DNA from: Candidatus Poriferisodalis multihospitum
GTDB taxonomy: Bacteria > Actinomycetota > Acidimicrobiia > Acidimicrobiales > Poriferisodalaceae
Direction: 5' to 3'
Length of the DNA: 64,000 nucleotides
Assembly: GCA_028278755.1 (NCBI GenBank)
Contig: JAPYOI010000062.1
Span: forward strand, 4,044-68,043
Of the stretch, positions 1-9,362 are shown piece after piece. The notes below the pieces were generated by a model. The model saw nothing but the letters and a program-made list of their open reading frames with translations. It made no database searches and was not told the origin of the DNA. Both the position numbers and the translations under genes were made by a program. Positions within the stretch are counted from its first letter, which is position 1, and every line of letters starts with the position of its first letter.

Positions 1-1
1 G

Positions 2-487
2 TACCAGGGCCGCTACGGCCTCGTAGCGCACGAGTGCATCGTGGACCTGCGGCCGTACTCGGAGTGGGCCAGCGTGGACGACGTGGCCAAGCGGCTCATC
101 GACTTCGGCTTCCACGCCCCGACGATGTCGTTCCCGGTTGCGGGGACGCTGATGATCGAGCCGACCGAGAGCGAGTCGCTCACGGAGATCGACCGGTTCT
201 GCGATGCGATGGCGACGATCCGATCCGAGATCGACAGGGTTGCGCGCGGCGAGTGGCCCGCTGATGACAACCCGCTCGCCAACGCACCCCACACAGCCAT
301 CGACGTGCTGGCCGACGAATGGGATCACCCCTACACGCGTGCCGAGGGCGCGTATCCGGCGGGCACCAAGGTGGCGACGCTCGTTGCCGACAAGTACTGG
401 CCACCGGTCAGCCGCATCGACGGTGCCTACGGCGACCGCAACCTGATGTGCGCCTGCCCCGACCCCCGCGCCTTCGAAACTGACTGA
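2..487 (+). CDS. gcvP: glycine dehydrogenase (decarboxylating), glycine cleavage P protein, C-terminal fragment (5' end outside window)
   Basis: The frame is open from the window edge. Translation [58 protein letters not shown] matches the conserved GcvP C-terminus. Confidence 0.85.
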   Translation, partial: YQGRYGLVAHECIVDLRPYSEWASVDDVAKRLIDFGFHAPTMSFPVAGTLMIEPTESESLTEIDRFCDAMATIRSEIDRVARGEWPADDNPLANAPHTAIDVLADEWDHPYTRAEGAYPAGTKVATLVADKYWPPVSRIDGAYGDRNLMCACPDPRAFETD

Positions 488-511
488 CCTCGGCGCGCCT
501 AGCGTTCGGGC

Positions 512-1228
512 ATGGCACGAGTCGATCCTTCAGTGCTGGAGATGCCGGACGATGCTGCGGCCGGCACGATGCCGTACTTCTCCCACATCGACACGTGGCT
601 GCGCGCCGAAATCAACGGGCTCACCGAAGAACAGCTCGACCTCGACGACCAGTCTCCCGACCGGGAGCTGATGTGGTGGTCGATCCGGCGGCAGATCAGC
701 CACATCGCCTGGGTGTCGCTGATCTTCGCGAAGCGCCGTTGCGGGCTGCTGCTGTGGCCCGACGGCGACATTCCCGAACCGATCGTGTGGTCGGAGCATC
801 ACCAGGGGCGCAACAACAAGCACGGGCTGCGGCTGGATCCTGGGTTGTTCTGGGACGTGCCCGATCTGCTCGACAAGCTGGACCTGGGCCTGAGCTGGAT
901 GCGCTACGTGGTTGCTTCCCATCCGGTGGAGACGTTCCGCGAGATGGTGGAGTCGCGTCACAGCACGCTTTTCTGGGATGACGCCATCACGGTGCTTCCC
1001 CGGGGGGCTTGGCATGATCCAGACGACGAGCGGATGATCGTGAACACGCTCGAGTGCGCGATCTGGATGCTCTTCTACGAGATGGCTTCGCACATCCGCT
1101 CCATCCAGCGGATCAAGGAGATCCAGGGGCTGGCATCGGCTGTCGATCTGGCGCGCTTCGGCTACCTGCGTCTCCCCCACTACTGGGGCGAGACCGACGC
1201 GCCCGCGCCCAGCATCACCAAGCTGTAG
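512..1228 (+). CDS. hypothetical protein, possibly DinB-like helical bundle
   Basis: 238-aa ORF with ordinary (non Arg/Pro-biased) composition and spaced His residues (..ISHIAW.., ..MASHIRS..). No motif I can assign firmly. Confidence 0.5.
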   Translation: MARVDPSVLEMPDDAAAGTMPYFSHIDTWLRAEINGLTEEQLDLDDQSPDRELMWWSIRRQISHIAWVSLIFAKRRCGLLLWPDGDIPEPIVWSEHHQGRNNKHGLRLDPGLFWDVPDLLDKLDLGLSWMRYVVASHPVETFREMVESRHSTLFWDDAITVLPRGAWHDPDDERMIVNTLECAIWMLFYEMASHIRSIQRIKEIQGLASAVDLARFGYLRLPHYWGETDAPAPSITKL

Positions 1229-1254
1229 CCCGCGCGGACCCCGAAGCAGTCGAC

Positions 1255-2181
1255 ATGGCGACACCGAAGATCATTCTCGACTGCGATCCGGGCCACGACG
1301 ATGCGGTGGCGATCCTGCTCGCGGCCCGCGAGTGCAACGTGCTGGCGATCACGACGGTGTCGGGGAACGCACCGCTCGAGATGACTACGGCAAACGCGCT
1401 GCTGTTGTGCCAGCTCGCCGGGCTCGACATTCCGGTGCATGCGGGCGCAGACCAGCCGCTGCTGGTGCCCGCAGCCCACGCGCCGCGTGCCCATGGGGCG
1501 ACCGGACTCGACGGACCGCCGCGCCCCGACGTATACCTCAAGGCTGCGAGCAACGACGCAGTCGACGTGATCATCAAGACAGCGCGAGCCCACGACGACG
1601 TGTGGCTCGTGCCAGTCGGGCCGCTCACCAACATCGCGCTGGCCATCCGCCAGGCGCCCGACATCGTCGAGCGGGTGGCCGGAATCTCGCTCATGGGCGG
1701 CGCTATCGGGCCGGGCAATGTCACGCCGACCGCCGAGTTCAACATCTGGGCGGATCCCCATGCTGCCCAGATCGTGTTCGCCGCCGGGGTGCCGCTGGTG
1801 CGCATGGCAGGGCTCAACCTCACCCACCAACTGTGCGTCGGGCCCAGCGAAACCGCCGCTCTGCGGGCGCAGAGCGGCATCGTGCCCGAGTTCGTGGCGG
1901 ATCTGTTCGACTTCTACCTCGCCGGCTACCGCGAACGCGCCGGATTGGATGCCGCACCCATGCACGATCCGTGTGCAGTGCTCGCCGTGACGCACCCCGA
2001 GCTGTTCACCTTCGGCAACCGCCATGTCAACGTCGAGACAACCGGCAAACTCACGCGCGGCATGACGGTGGCCGACGAGCGGCCCGGCACCGACGCCGTG
2101 CCCAACTGCGAGGTCGCGTACAGCATCGACGCCGCTCCAGCGCTCGAACTCATCATCGACGCCATCCGCAGCTACGGCTAA
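1255..2181 (+). CDS. inosine/uridine-preferring nucleoside hydrolase family protein
   Basis: N-terminus MATPKIILDCDPGHDDAVAILLA carries the DxDxxxDD Asp cluster of IU-nucleoside hydrolases. ATG 1255 is preferred over the Arg-rich extension from 1054. Confidence 0.85.
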   Translation: MATPKIILDCDPGHDDAVAILLAARECNVLAITTVSGNAPLEMTTANALLLCQLAGLDIPVHAGADQPLLVPAAHAPRAHGATGLDGPPRPDVYLKAASNDAVDVIIKTARAHDDVWLVPVGPLTNIALAIRQAPDIVERVAGISLMGGAIGPGNVTPTAEFNIWADPHAAQIVFAAGVPLVRMAGLNLTHQLCVGPSETAALRAQSGIVPEFVADLFDFYLAGYRERAGLDAAPMHDPCAVLAVTHPELFTFGNRHVNVETTGKLTRGMTVADERPGTDAVPNCEVAYSIDAAPALELIIDAIRSYG

Positions 2182-2244
2182 ATTCCATTGCTCGAGACGG
2201 CAACGAGACACACCATCGGGGACGGTCTCGGTACCGTTGCCGCT

Positions 2245-3369
2245 GTGCCCACCGACAGCACTGCGAACAGCCCAGCGTTCCGGCTGAGCCAGTACAGCCA
2301 TGGTGCGGGCTGAGCGTGCAAGCTCGGACCCTCCGAGCTGGCGCAGGTTCTGCGCCATCTGACTCCCCCGTCGCACCCGGATCTGGTGGTCGGCACCGAT
2401 ACCAGTGACGATGCCGCCGTGTGGCGGCTTGACGGCGACCGGCTGCTGGTGACGTCGACTGATTTCTTCGCGCCGATCGTCGACGATGCGCGCACGTGGG
2501 GGCGCATTGCGGCCGCCAACGCCGCCAGCGACATCTACGCCATGGGTGCCAGCCCGCTGTTCGCCCTCAACCTGGCGGCTTGGCCCCGCGATGTGCTCCC
2601 ATTGGACTTGCTGGGCGAGGTGCTCGCCGGCGGTGCGGATGCCGCGGCAGACGGCGGCTGGGTGGTGGCCGGCGGTCACACGATCGACGGGCCAGAGCCG
2701 GTCTATGGCATGTCGGTCACCGGCACCATCGCATCTGCTGCCGGGGAAACAGGTCTGCTCACCAATGCCGGCGGGCGGCCGGGCCAGACGCTCGTGCTCA
2801 CCAAGCCGCTCGGCACCGGTCTGCTGGCGACCGCGCTCAAGCGTTCCGGCCCTGAGGCCACTGAGCCGGGTGGTGATCTGCATGCGGCCTATGAGGCCGG
2901 CGTGGCCGAGATGTGCCGACTCAACGACGCAGCCGCCGCCGCAGCAATCAAGGCGGGAGCCACCGCGGCCACCGATGTCACCGGCTTCGGACTTCTGGGA
3001 CACCTCGCAGAGCTCGCCGCGGCCAGCAACGTGAACGCCGTGCTCGATGCCGGCGTAGTGCCGCTGCTGCCCGATGTCATCGGGTTCGCGACCGGCGGCT
3101 TCGTACCCGGCGGCACCGGACGCAATCTGGATCACCTCGCTGAGCGCCTCGACGGCGGTGACGAGCTCACCCGCAGCGTGCTCGGAGACCCGCAGACCTC
3201 GGGCGGCCTGCTGTTCAGCTGCGACCCCCAACGCGCCGTCGGGGCAATGCGCGAGCTGCGCGGCAACGGGCACGACGCCGCAGTGATCGGCGAACTCACG
3301 AGCGGCAGCCGCGGCACGATCACGATTGCCGGTGCCGTCGCCGGAGGCACCGCCCTAAACGCCAACTGA
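2245..3369 (+). CDS. selD: selenide, water dikinase (selenophosphate synthetase), selenocysteine-containing (in-frame TGA at 2311..2313)
   Basis: The 2386..3369 ORF (VVGTDTSDDAAVWRL..TDFFAPIVDD..GRIAAANAASDIYAMG) continues upstream in frame through a TGA: ..AFRLSQYSHGAG-TGA-ACKLGPSELAQVLRHL. This aligns to E. coli SelD ..[13 protein letters not shown].. with the TGA at the catalytic Cys17 position. The start is uncertain (GTG 2245 chosen; TTG 2188 is an alternative). Confidence 0.85.
2321..2356 (+). promoter_or_regulatory. candidate bacterial SECIS region for the selD UGA (two adjacent perfect hairpins)
   Basis: Hairpin 1 is AGCUCGGA-CCC-UCCGAGCU (2321..2339), starting 7 nt after the UGA. 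Hairpin 2 is GGCGCAG-GUU-CUGCGCC (2340..2356), with a G/U-containing loop. I cannot tell from sequence alone which one binds SelB. Confidence 0.5.
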
Positions 3370-3377
3370 GGTTCACC

Positions 3378-4031
3378 GTGGTCGCGTCAGCTAGCACGAC
3401 CAGCCATCGGGCAAGCGCAGCGACCGCCGCCGTATCGCTCTCGTCGTCAGGGAGCACGCGGCAGCGGGGCGTGTTTCCCGGTTCATTCAACCCGCCCACC
3501 ACCGCCCATCTGGCCATCAGCGAGGCCGTGGTCGGTCAGCACCGACTCGATGTACTCGTGTGGTCGGTCAGCCGGGTGGCACTCGCCAAGGAAGACGTGC
3601 AGCGCCCGCGGCTCGCCGACCGCATCGCCGTGCTCGAAGAGGTCGCCGCGCCGATCGACTGGCTGGAGATCGATGTCACCGACGCGCAGCTGCTGTCGGA
3701 CATCGCAGCCGGCTTTGACGTGATCGTGATGGGCGCCGACAAGTGGCAGCAGATCCACGACCCGGTGTTCTACGGCAACGACCCAGCACAGCGGGACGCG
3801 TCAATCGCTGCACTGCCGGCGGTGGCGATTGCCGCCCGGCCGCCGCACGATTGCCCCGCCGAACTGGTGCTCAACCTGCCCGACTGGGTGGGCACCGTGT
3901 CGAGCACTCAGGCCCGCACCACCGACCCGGCGCTGATGGCACCCGAGGCGGCTCGCTTCGATGCCGAGACTGGAGCGTGGACCGACCCGGCGCGCTATGA
4001 GACCTGGCTGGCGCGCCAGCGAGGAAACTGA
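3378..4031 (+). CDS. NadD-like nucleotidyltransferase (cytidylyltransferase superfamily)
   Basis: GSFNPPTTAHL resembles the GxFxPxHxGH motif and VSSTQAR resembles the ISSTxxR motif of nicotinate/nicotinamide-nucleotide adenylyltransferases. GTG start is 8 nt after the selD stop, with GAGG 6 nt upstream. Confidence 0.65.
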   Translation: MVASASTTSHRASAATAAVSLSSSGSTRQRGVFPGSFNPPTTAHLAISEAVVGQHRLDVLVWSVSRVALAKEDVQRPRLADRIAVLEEVAAPIDWLEIDVTDAQLLSDIAAGFDVIVMGADKWQQIHDPVFYGNDPAQRDASIAALPAVAIAARPPHDCPAELVLNLPDWVGTVSSTQARTTDPALMAPEAARFDAETGAWTDPARYETWLARQRGN

Positions 4032-4039
4032 GCAACGTC

Positions 4040-5017
4040 ATGGACGAGATTCTGGACGTGGACCTGCTGGCCTTCGAGCACGGTTCGCCGACCCGGCGCA
4101 GGGCGGTTACTGACGGCGTCATGGCCAGCCTGCGAACCGGCTTCGTCTATACCGCCCACGACCTCTCGGGCGGCCTGCTCGACGACGCCTACGACGTGCT
4201 CGGCAGGTTCTTCGCGCTCGATCCCGATGCCAAGAGGCGCTACGTCGACGCGGAGTCCTTCGGCGCACGCGGCTACACCGGAGCGCTCACCGAAACGGCC
4301 GCCATCTCCGACCTGCCCGACTGGAAGGAGATGTTCAACTGGAGCGACCAGCCTCCGGCCGGCCACCCGCTCACCACCAGGTATGGGCGCTGGTACCGGC
4401 CGTCGATCTTCCCCGACGCCGACATCGCCGACGCCGGCACCATCCTCACCGAGTTCCACCGGCGGCTCGTCGATCTGCAGCGGCGCTTCCTGCGCGTGAT
4501 CGCTGAGGGCATCGGTGCCCACGAGACCTACTTCGACAGGATGACGACCTACGGCACGCACCTGTCCCGGGCCATTCACTACCCGCCGATGTCGAGCGCC
4601 CCGAGCGGCGGCAGCGAGGGCCACATCTGGGCGGACGAGCACGCCGACATCAACCTCATCACTGCCCTGCCCAGAGCGACCGACCGCGGGCTGCAGGTCC
4701 GTATCGATGGCGAATGGATAGATGCGGCGCCGCCGCATGATCACGTCATCATCAACTCGGGGATCATGCTGGAGCACGTCACCAATGGCCTGATCGGTGC
4801 CGGCTGGCATCGCGTCAAGGCCGACCCCGACCAGCACGACAGCCGCCTCAGCGTGGTGCAGTTCTGCCACCCCCGCCCGTCGACCATCCTCACGCCAGCG
4901 CCGTCGACGGTCACGCCAGAGCGACCCTGCCGCTATGAGGCAATCTCGGCCGAGGATCGACTCGAAGAGGTGATCTGGGAGATCAACCTGATCCCCGACG
5001 CCCGCCGCATCGATTGA
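4040..5017 (+). CDS. 2-oxoglutarate/Fe(II)-dependent oxygenase (isopenicillin N synthase-like family)
   Basis: Typical family layout: N-terminal FVY..H.. region, then ..HYPPM.., ..ADEHADINLITAL.., ..GLQV..GEWIDA.., ..HVIINSGIMLEHVTNG...WHRV (HxD...H facial triad context). Starts 8 nt after the upstream stop. Confidence 0.75.
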   Translation: MDEILDVDLLAFEHGSPTRRRAVTDGVMASLRTGFVYTAHDLSGGLLDDAYDVLGRFFALDPDAKRRYVDAESFGARGYTGALTETAAISDLPDWKEMFNWSDQPPAGHPLTTRYGRWYRPSIFPDADIADAGTILTEFHRRLVDLQRRFLRVIAEGIGAHETYFDRMTTYGTHLSRAIHYPPMSSAPSGGSEGHIWADEHADINLITALPRATDRGLQVRIDGEWIDAAPPHDHVIINSGIMLEHVTNGLIGAGWHRVKADPDQHDSRLSVVQFCHPRPSTILTPAPSTVTPERPCRYEAISAEDRLEEVIWEINLIPDARRID

Positions 5018-5050
5018 TCGCGGCAGGTCGAATAAGGCCAGGCCGCCCGG

Positions 5051-6508
5051 CTAGAGCTCGAGCAGGGCGTTCTCGATCACCTCGGTCAGCGCCGGGTGGA
5101 TATAGAACTGCCCGTGGGCCATCTGGTCGACGGTCTGGCCGAACGACATGCCCTGGATCAGCTGCTGGACCAGAGTCGAGGCCTGCGGGCCGATGATGTG
5201 GGCGCCGAGCAGCTCGCGGGTCTCCGCGTGAGCGATCAGCTTGGCGAAGCTGGTGCTGTCCTCCATCGCCCAGCCGTAGGCGGTATGGCCGAATGGCTTG
5301 TTCGCCACTGAGATCGGCAGACCAGCTGCACGTGCGTCCCGCTCGGTGAGGCCCACCGACGCGACCTGGGGGTGCGAGAACACCGCGTGGGGCACGAGTC
5401 GCTTATCCACGCTGCACATCGGCCCGGCCGCCTGATCCTCGGCCACCAGCAGGTTGTGTCTCAGCGCTCGCACCTGCGCGTTCGCGAGGTGCTTGAGCTG
5501 GATCTCGCTGGACAGGTCGCCGAAGGCCCACACGCCCGGCGCCGAGGTGCGAAAGAACTCATCGGTCAGCACGCGACCGTCCCGGTCCTCCACCCCTCCG
5601 AGGTCGAGCGCAAGCTGGTCGCCATTGGGCACCCGGCCGGTGGCCACCAGCAGCACATCGGCTTGCACCGACTCGGCACGACCGTCGCGGGTGAACTCGA
5701 CCGTGTAGGAGTTGCCGCGGGCACTCGGCGAGCCGTCGGTGGCATAGGCGAAATCGCCACGGGCCCCCTCCCCTGTATCGCCGCCGCCACTGACGCTGGT
5801 CACCGTCGCGCCGAGTCGCAGGTCGAAGTGGCGCTGCGCCGCTGACGTGAACGCAGCAGACACATCGTCGTCCTCGGCTCGCAGCAGCCGCTCGCCCCGG
5901 TTGACGACGGTGACGTTGGTACCCAGTGCCGAGAACACATAGCCCAGCTCGCAGGCGATATACCCGCCGCCCAGCACGATCATCGACTCAGGCAGCGAAT
6001 CCAGCCGCATCACCGTGTCCGAGGTGTGGAACGGCACTGTGCCCAGCCCGCGGTAGGGCGGCAGGAATGCCCGAGCGCCGGCGCCGAGCACCACGTGCCG
6101 CCCTGATACCGATTCGGTGCTGCCGTCATGCATGCGCACAGCCAGACGCCGGTCGCTCACGAAACGCGCGTCGCCCTCGAACACGGTGATGTTGGGGCAT
6201 TCGGCGCCGATTCGATAGCCACGTCCGCCGTCGGCAATCGGATCGATCCGCCCGAAGACGCGATCCCGAATGGCGGGCCAATCGGCGCTGTCAAAGCTGG
6301 CGGCGATGCCGTAGCTGCCCGCCGTCGCGATGGTGTCTGCGACGTCGGCCGCGTATACGAACATCTTGGAGGGGATGCACCCCACGTTCAGGCAGGTGCC
6401 GCCGAAGACGCCCCGTTCGACGATCGCAATCGACCAGTCGTCGAATTCAGGGCCGGGGATGGAGTTAGCCGAGCCGGTTCCGACGATGACCAGGTCGAAG
6501 TCTGACAT
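5051..6508 (-). CDS. mtr: mycothione reductase-like pyridine nucleotide-disulfide oxidoreductase
   Basis: MSDFDLVIVGTGSANS (Rossmann fold), GGTCLNVGCIPSK redox-active disulfide, C-terminal HPALTE dimerisation motif. The GTGSxNS N-terminus is typical of mycothione reductases. ATG 6508 is preferred to TTG 6520. Confidence 0.7.
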   Translation of the reverse strand: MSDFDLVIVGTGSANSIPGPEFDDWSIAIVERGVFGGTCLNVGCIPSKMFVYAADVADTIATAGSYGIAASFDSADWPAIRDRVFGRIDPIADGGRGYRIGAECPNITVFEGDARFVSDRRLAVRMHDGSTESVSGRHVVLGAGARAFLPPYRGLGTVPFHTSDTVMRLDSLPESMIVLGGGYIACELGYVFSALGTNVTVVNRGERLLRAEDDDVSAAFTSAAQRHFDLRLGATVTSVSGGGDTGEGARGDFAYATDGSPSARGNSYTVEFTRDGRAESVQADVLLVATGRVPNGDQLALDLGGVEDRDGRVLTDEFFRTSAPGVWAFGDLSSEIQLKHLANAQVRALRHNLLVAEDQAAGPMCSVDKRLVPHAVFSHPQVASVGLTERDARAAGLPISVANKPFGHTAYGWAMEDSTSFAKLIAHAETRELLGAHIIGPQASTLVQQLIQGMSFGQTVDQMAHGQFYIHPALTEVIENALLEL

Positions 6509-6570
6509 GGGCGCAGTCAATCAGCGCCGGCCACGCCGGGCGCATTGCTGGCCGCGAGGCGCCGCACGCC

Positions 6571-7875
6571 TCACACGAGTGCTTGGTACACGAGGGCCTT
6601 CAGCTCCGGCCGGATCGGGTGGACGCTCGACGGCAGCAGCTGCGTCAGGAACACCAGCGTGATGTCCTCGACCGGGTCCACCCAGAATGCCGTCGACGCA
6701 GCCCCTCCCCAGGCGAACTCGCCCTTGCTGGAGACGACCTTGGCCTTGGCGGGATCGAGCACGACCGAGAACCCCAGGCCGAAGCCGACGCCGTCGAAGG
6801 CCGCCTCGGAGAACAGCGCCCGGCCGCACTCGGTGAGATCGGTCCCGCCGGGCAGATGATTGCTGGCCATGAACTCGAGGGTGCGCCGGCCGATGACCCG
6901 GGCGCCGTCCAGCTCGCCGCCGTTGCGCAGCATCTGGGTGAACCGGTGATAGTCGCCCATGGTCGACACCAGGCCGCCGCCTCCCGAGAGGATCTTGGGC
7001 GGCCCGAGGTAGGCCGATGTGCGCGGATCGTCCATCAGCGTGCGCGCCAAGCCCGGATCGTCGGCGCGGTATGCCGGCACCGTCGGCCCCGTGTTGCCCG
7101 CTGGGTCGCGCGCCGCCAGCGCGGCTGTCGTGTAGTTGGCCGCGAATCGCTCGACATCGGCAGGAGGCACTTCGAAGCCTGTGTCGACCATGCCGAGCGG
7201 CCCGGTCACGTGCTCGATGAGGTACTCGTCGAGCGATTGGCCCGAGGCGAGCTCCACGACACGGCCCAAGACGTCGGTGGAGTAGCTGTAGTTCCACTCG
7301 GTGCCCGGATCGAACAGCAGCGGGAGCGCTGCGAGGGCTTCACAGGTTTCCTCGAGGTTGCCCGGGGCGCCCCAGTTGAATCCGTTGGCCCGGTAGAGCG
7401 CGTCGACCTCGTTGGCGAAGTGGAAGTCATAGGTGAGCCCGGAGGTGTGAGTCAGCAGGCTGTGGACGGTGAGGGCGCTTGCCGGTTCTCGTGTCTGGTA
7501 CTGCATCACGTTGCCGCCGGCGAAGACGCGTGCATTTGCAAACTCCGGAATCCAGCGAGAGACAGGATCTTTCAGCTGGAAGAACCCCTGCTCGTAGAGC
7601 TGCATTGCAGCGATCGACACGATGGGCTTGGTCATCGAATAGATGCGATAGATCGTGTCAGGCGTGACCGGCAGCGATCGCTCGCAATCCCGCTGGCCGT
7701 AGCGGTGCGTGTAGGCGATCTGGCCTCCACGCGTCAGCAGCACCGACACGCCCGGCAGACGCCCGTCGTCGACATATCGGTCGAGGTGCGCAGCGATGCG
7801 GCCCAGCCGGCTGGCGTCGAAGCCCACCTCGGCCGGCTCGACGGCTGGCTCGATGTCTGAGGTGATCGATCCCAT
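6571..7875 (-). CDS. serine hydrolase, beta-lactamase (class C/esterase) family
   Basis: SMTK (SxxK) active-site motif in ..IYRIYSMTKPIVSIAAMQL.. ATG 7875 is preceded by CAGGGG. The longer ORF start at 7998 looks non-coding. Confidence 0.8.
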   Translation of the reverse strand: MGSITSDIEPAVEPAEVGFDASRLGRIAAHLDRYVDDGRLPGVSVLLTRGGQIAYTHRYGQRDCERSLPVTPDTIYRIYSMTKPIVSIAAMQLYEQGFFQLKDPVSRWIPEFANARVFAGGNVMQYQTREPASALTVHSLLTHTSGLTYDFHFANEVDALYRANGFNWGAPGNLEETCEALAALPLLFDPGTEWNYSYSTDVLGRVVELASGQSLDEYLIEHVTGPLGMVDTGFEVPPADVERFAANYTTAALAARDPAGNTGPTVPAYRADDPGLARTLMDDPRTSAYLGPPKILSGGGGLVSTMGDYHRFTQMLRNGGELDGARVIGRRTLEFMASNHLPGGTDLTECGRALFSEAAFDGVGFGLGFSVVLDPAKAKVVSSKGEFAWGGAASTAFWVDPVEDITLVFLTQLLPSSVHPIRPELKALVYQALV

Positions 7876-8026
7876 CGCTGCCCCTGTCTCTGCTGCTCGC
7901 GGCGCTGACATCCTCAGGCCAGATGTGACCCTGCCGGGCCACATGTCATCGAGCATCAGGCTACAACGCCAGAAACGGATTCCTAAACTACACAACAAAT
8001 ATGGAAATCATTTGAGACTAAAGCTC

Positions 8027-8057
8027 TTGACAGCAGGTAAGCAATCACCATTAGAGT
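8027..8057 (+). promoter_or_regulatory. putative sigma70-type promoter in an AT-rich intergenic island
   Basis: TTGACA (8027..8032) and TAGAGT (8052..8057), but with a long 19-nt spacer. It lies about 80 nt upstream of the 8138 ATG. Confidence 0.25.
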
Positions 8058-8137
8058 GCCGCACACCCGTCGGACGCTTGGTTTCACGACCAGGGCTTCC
8101 GGCATCAAGCAATGCAGCGAGAGGTGAAGCGCCTGTG

Positions 8138-8521
8138 ATGACCACGCATGAGTTCTGTTTGTTTGTCGACGGCGCCGACTTAACCGTTGCATCAACGGTC
8201 GAGCGGCTGGAATGCGCCGGCTACACCCATCCGGCCACTGCAGCCTGCGACGGAGTCCATGCGCTCGTGTTCTCGCGCAGCGCCGAGCGTCTCGCCGATG
8301 CGGTGACCGCTGTCGTTGCAGCGACCGAGGACATTTCCGGGCTCTTCATTGCCAGGGAGGCACGCAGCGGGGCCGTGCCGGTGTTCGACCCGGCTTCGCT
8401 GGAACTTGCAGCGACCTGCGTCGTCGATGCACTGGCCGATTCCGTCCGCGCCGCACCGAGGCGGGCACGTCACCGGCCCGCCCACCTGCCACACGCGGAC
8501 AGCCTGGACTCGGAGAGCTGA
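8138..8521 (+). CDS. hypothetical protein
   Basis: ATG preceded by GAGAGGTGAAG (SD-like). 127-aa product with no recognisable motif. Confidence 0.45.
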   Translation: MTTHEFCLFVDGADLTVASTVERLECAGYTHPATAACDGVHALVFSRSAERLADAVTAVVAATEDISGLFIAREARSGAVPVFDPASLELAATCVVDALADSVRAAPRRARHRPAHLPHADSLDSES

Positions 8522-8565
8522 CGCTGGGCCTCTCGGCAACGGGCGCGCGGTCGTAGAGTCTGGCG

Positions 8566-9270
8566 ATGTGGATGTCGGCAGCAGGCGATATGGCTGACGA
8601 GCAACTCCTGTCGCGCTTGCTGATCGTCCGCCATGGCGAGTCGGTCGCGATGGCCGAGGGGATCGTCGGCGGACCCCGGGGATGCCGGGGCCTCACTGAC
8701 CGGGGCCGAGCTCAGGCCGCGGCGCTGCGCGACAGATTCGCTTCGGGCCGCGAACCCGAGGTGCACGTTGCGTACTCCTCGCCGCTGCCCCGGGCTCGCG
8801 AGACCACCGACATCGTCCTGCCGGCACTGGGGAACGGACCCGAGCACGGCAAACTCGAGGTTCATCTCCATGACGACCTCGAGGAGATGCGCCTTGGGCC
8901 TGCCGACGGCATGACGTGGGAGGCGGCACGCGAGCGCTTCGGGTTCATCCAGCCGATGGACCAGCCGTACACGCCCGTGGTGGAGGGCGGCGAGAGCCGT
9001 GCCGGCTTCCGCCACCGCGTTGCTCAGGCACTCAACGACATTGCTGCGGCCCATGTGGGCAAGACCGTCTTCGTGGGATGCCACGGCGGTATCTCCTCTG
9101 CGGCAATGGCGATGGCATTCGGCATCGCGCCCAGCCATCGCGGTGTCGGCGTGGTCACTGCCGTGACCGCCATCACCGAGCTGGAATTGCTCGAATTGAA
9201 CGGACGACGCCTCTGGCAGGTGCGGCGATTCAACGACGCCGCTCACCTCGCCGCGGTCGAAGCGGCCTGA
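8566..9270 (+). CDS. histidine phosphatase (phosphoglycerate mutase-like) family protein
   Basis: LLIVRHGES (RHG catalytic motif) near the N-terminus, and a later ..VGCHGG.. His. Alternative start at ATG 8590. Confidence 0.75.
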   Translation: MWMSAAGDMADEQLLSRLLIVRHGESVAMAEGIVGGPRGCRGLTDRGRAQAAALRDRFASGREPEVHVAYSSPLPRARETTDIVLPALGNGPEHGKLEVHLHDDLEEMRLGPADGMTWEAARERFGFIQPMDQPYTPVVEGGESRAGFRHRVAQALNDIAAAHVGKTVFVGCHGGISSAAMAMAFGIAPSHRGVGVVTAVTAITELELLELNGRRLWQVRRFNDAAHLAAVEAA

Positions 9271-9362
9271 GGGCATCCTGCTGCCTCCCGGGCGGACGCG
9301 CCCGCCCGCCCAGCCTCTAACTTGGCGCATAGGCAGCGAACTGCGGGAATCTGGAGGACCAG

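Noticed and set aside
1180-3273. A 697-aa minus-strand ORF, and similar very long antisense ORFs (for example 9243..10478, 16668..17795, 25662..27416, 30131..31708, 37361..38560, 54608..55939, 60084..61871).
   Set aside because: They lie opposite genes with unmistakable conserved motifs. They are Arg/Gly/Ala/Pro-rich and show no recognisable domains. These are the expected stop-poor antisense frames of a high-GC genome.
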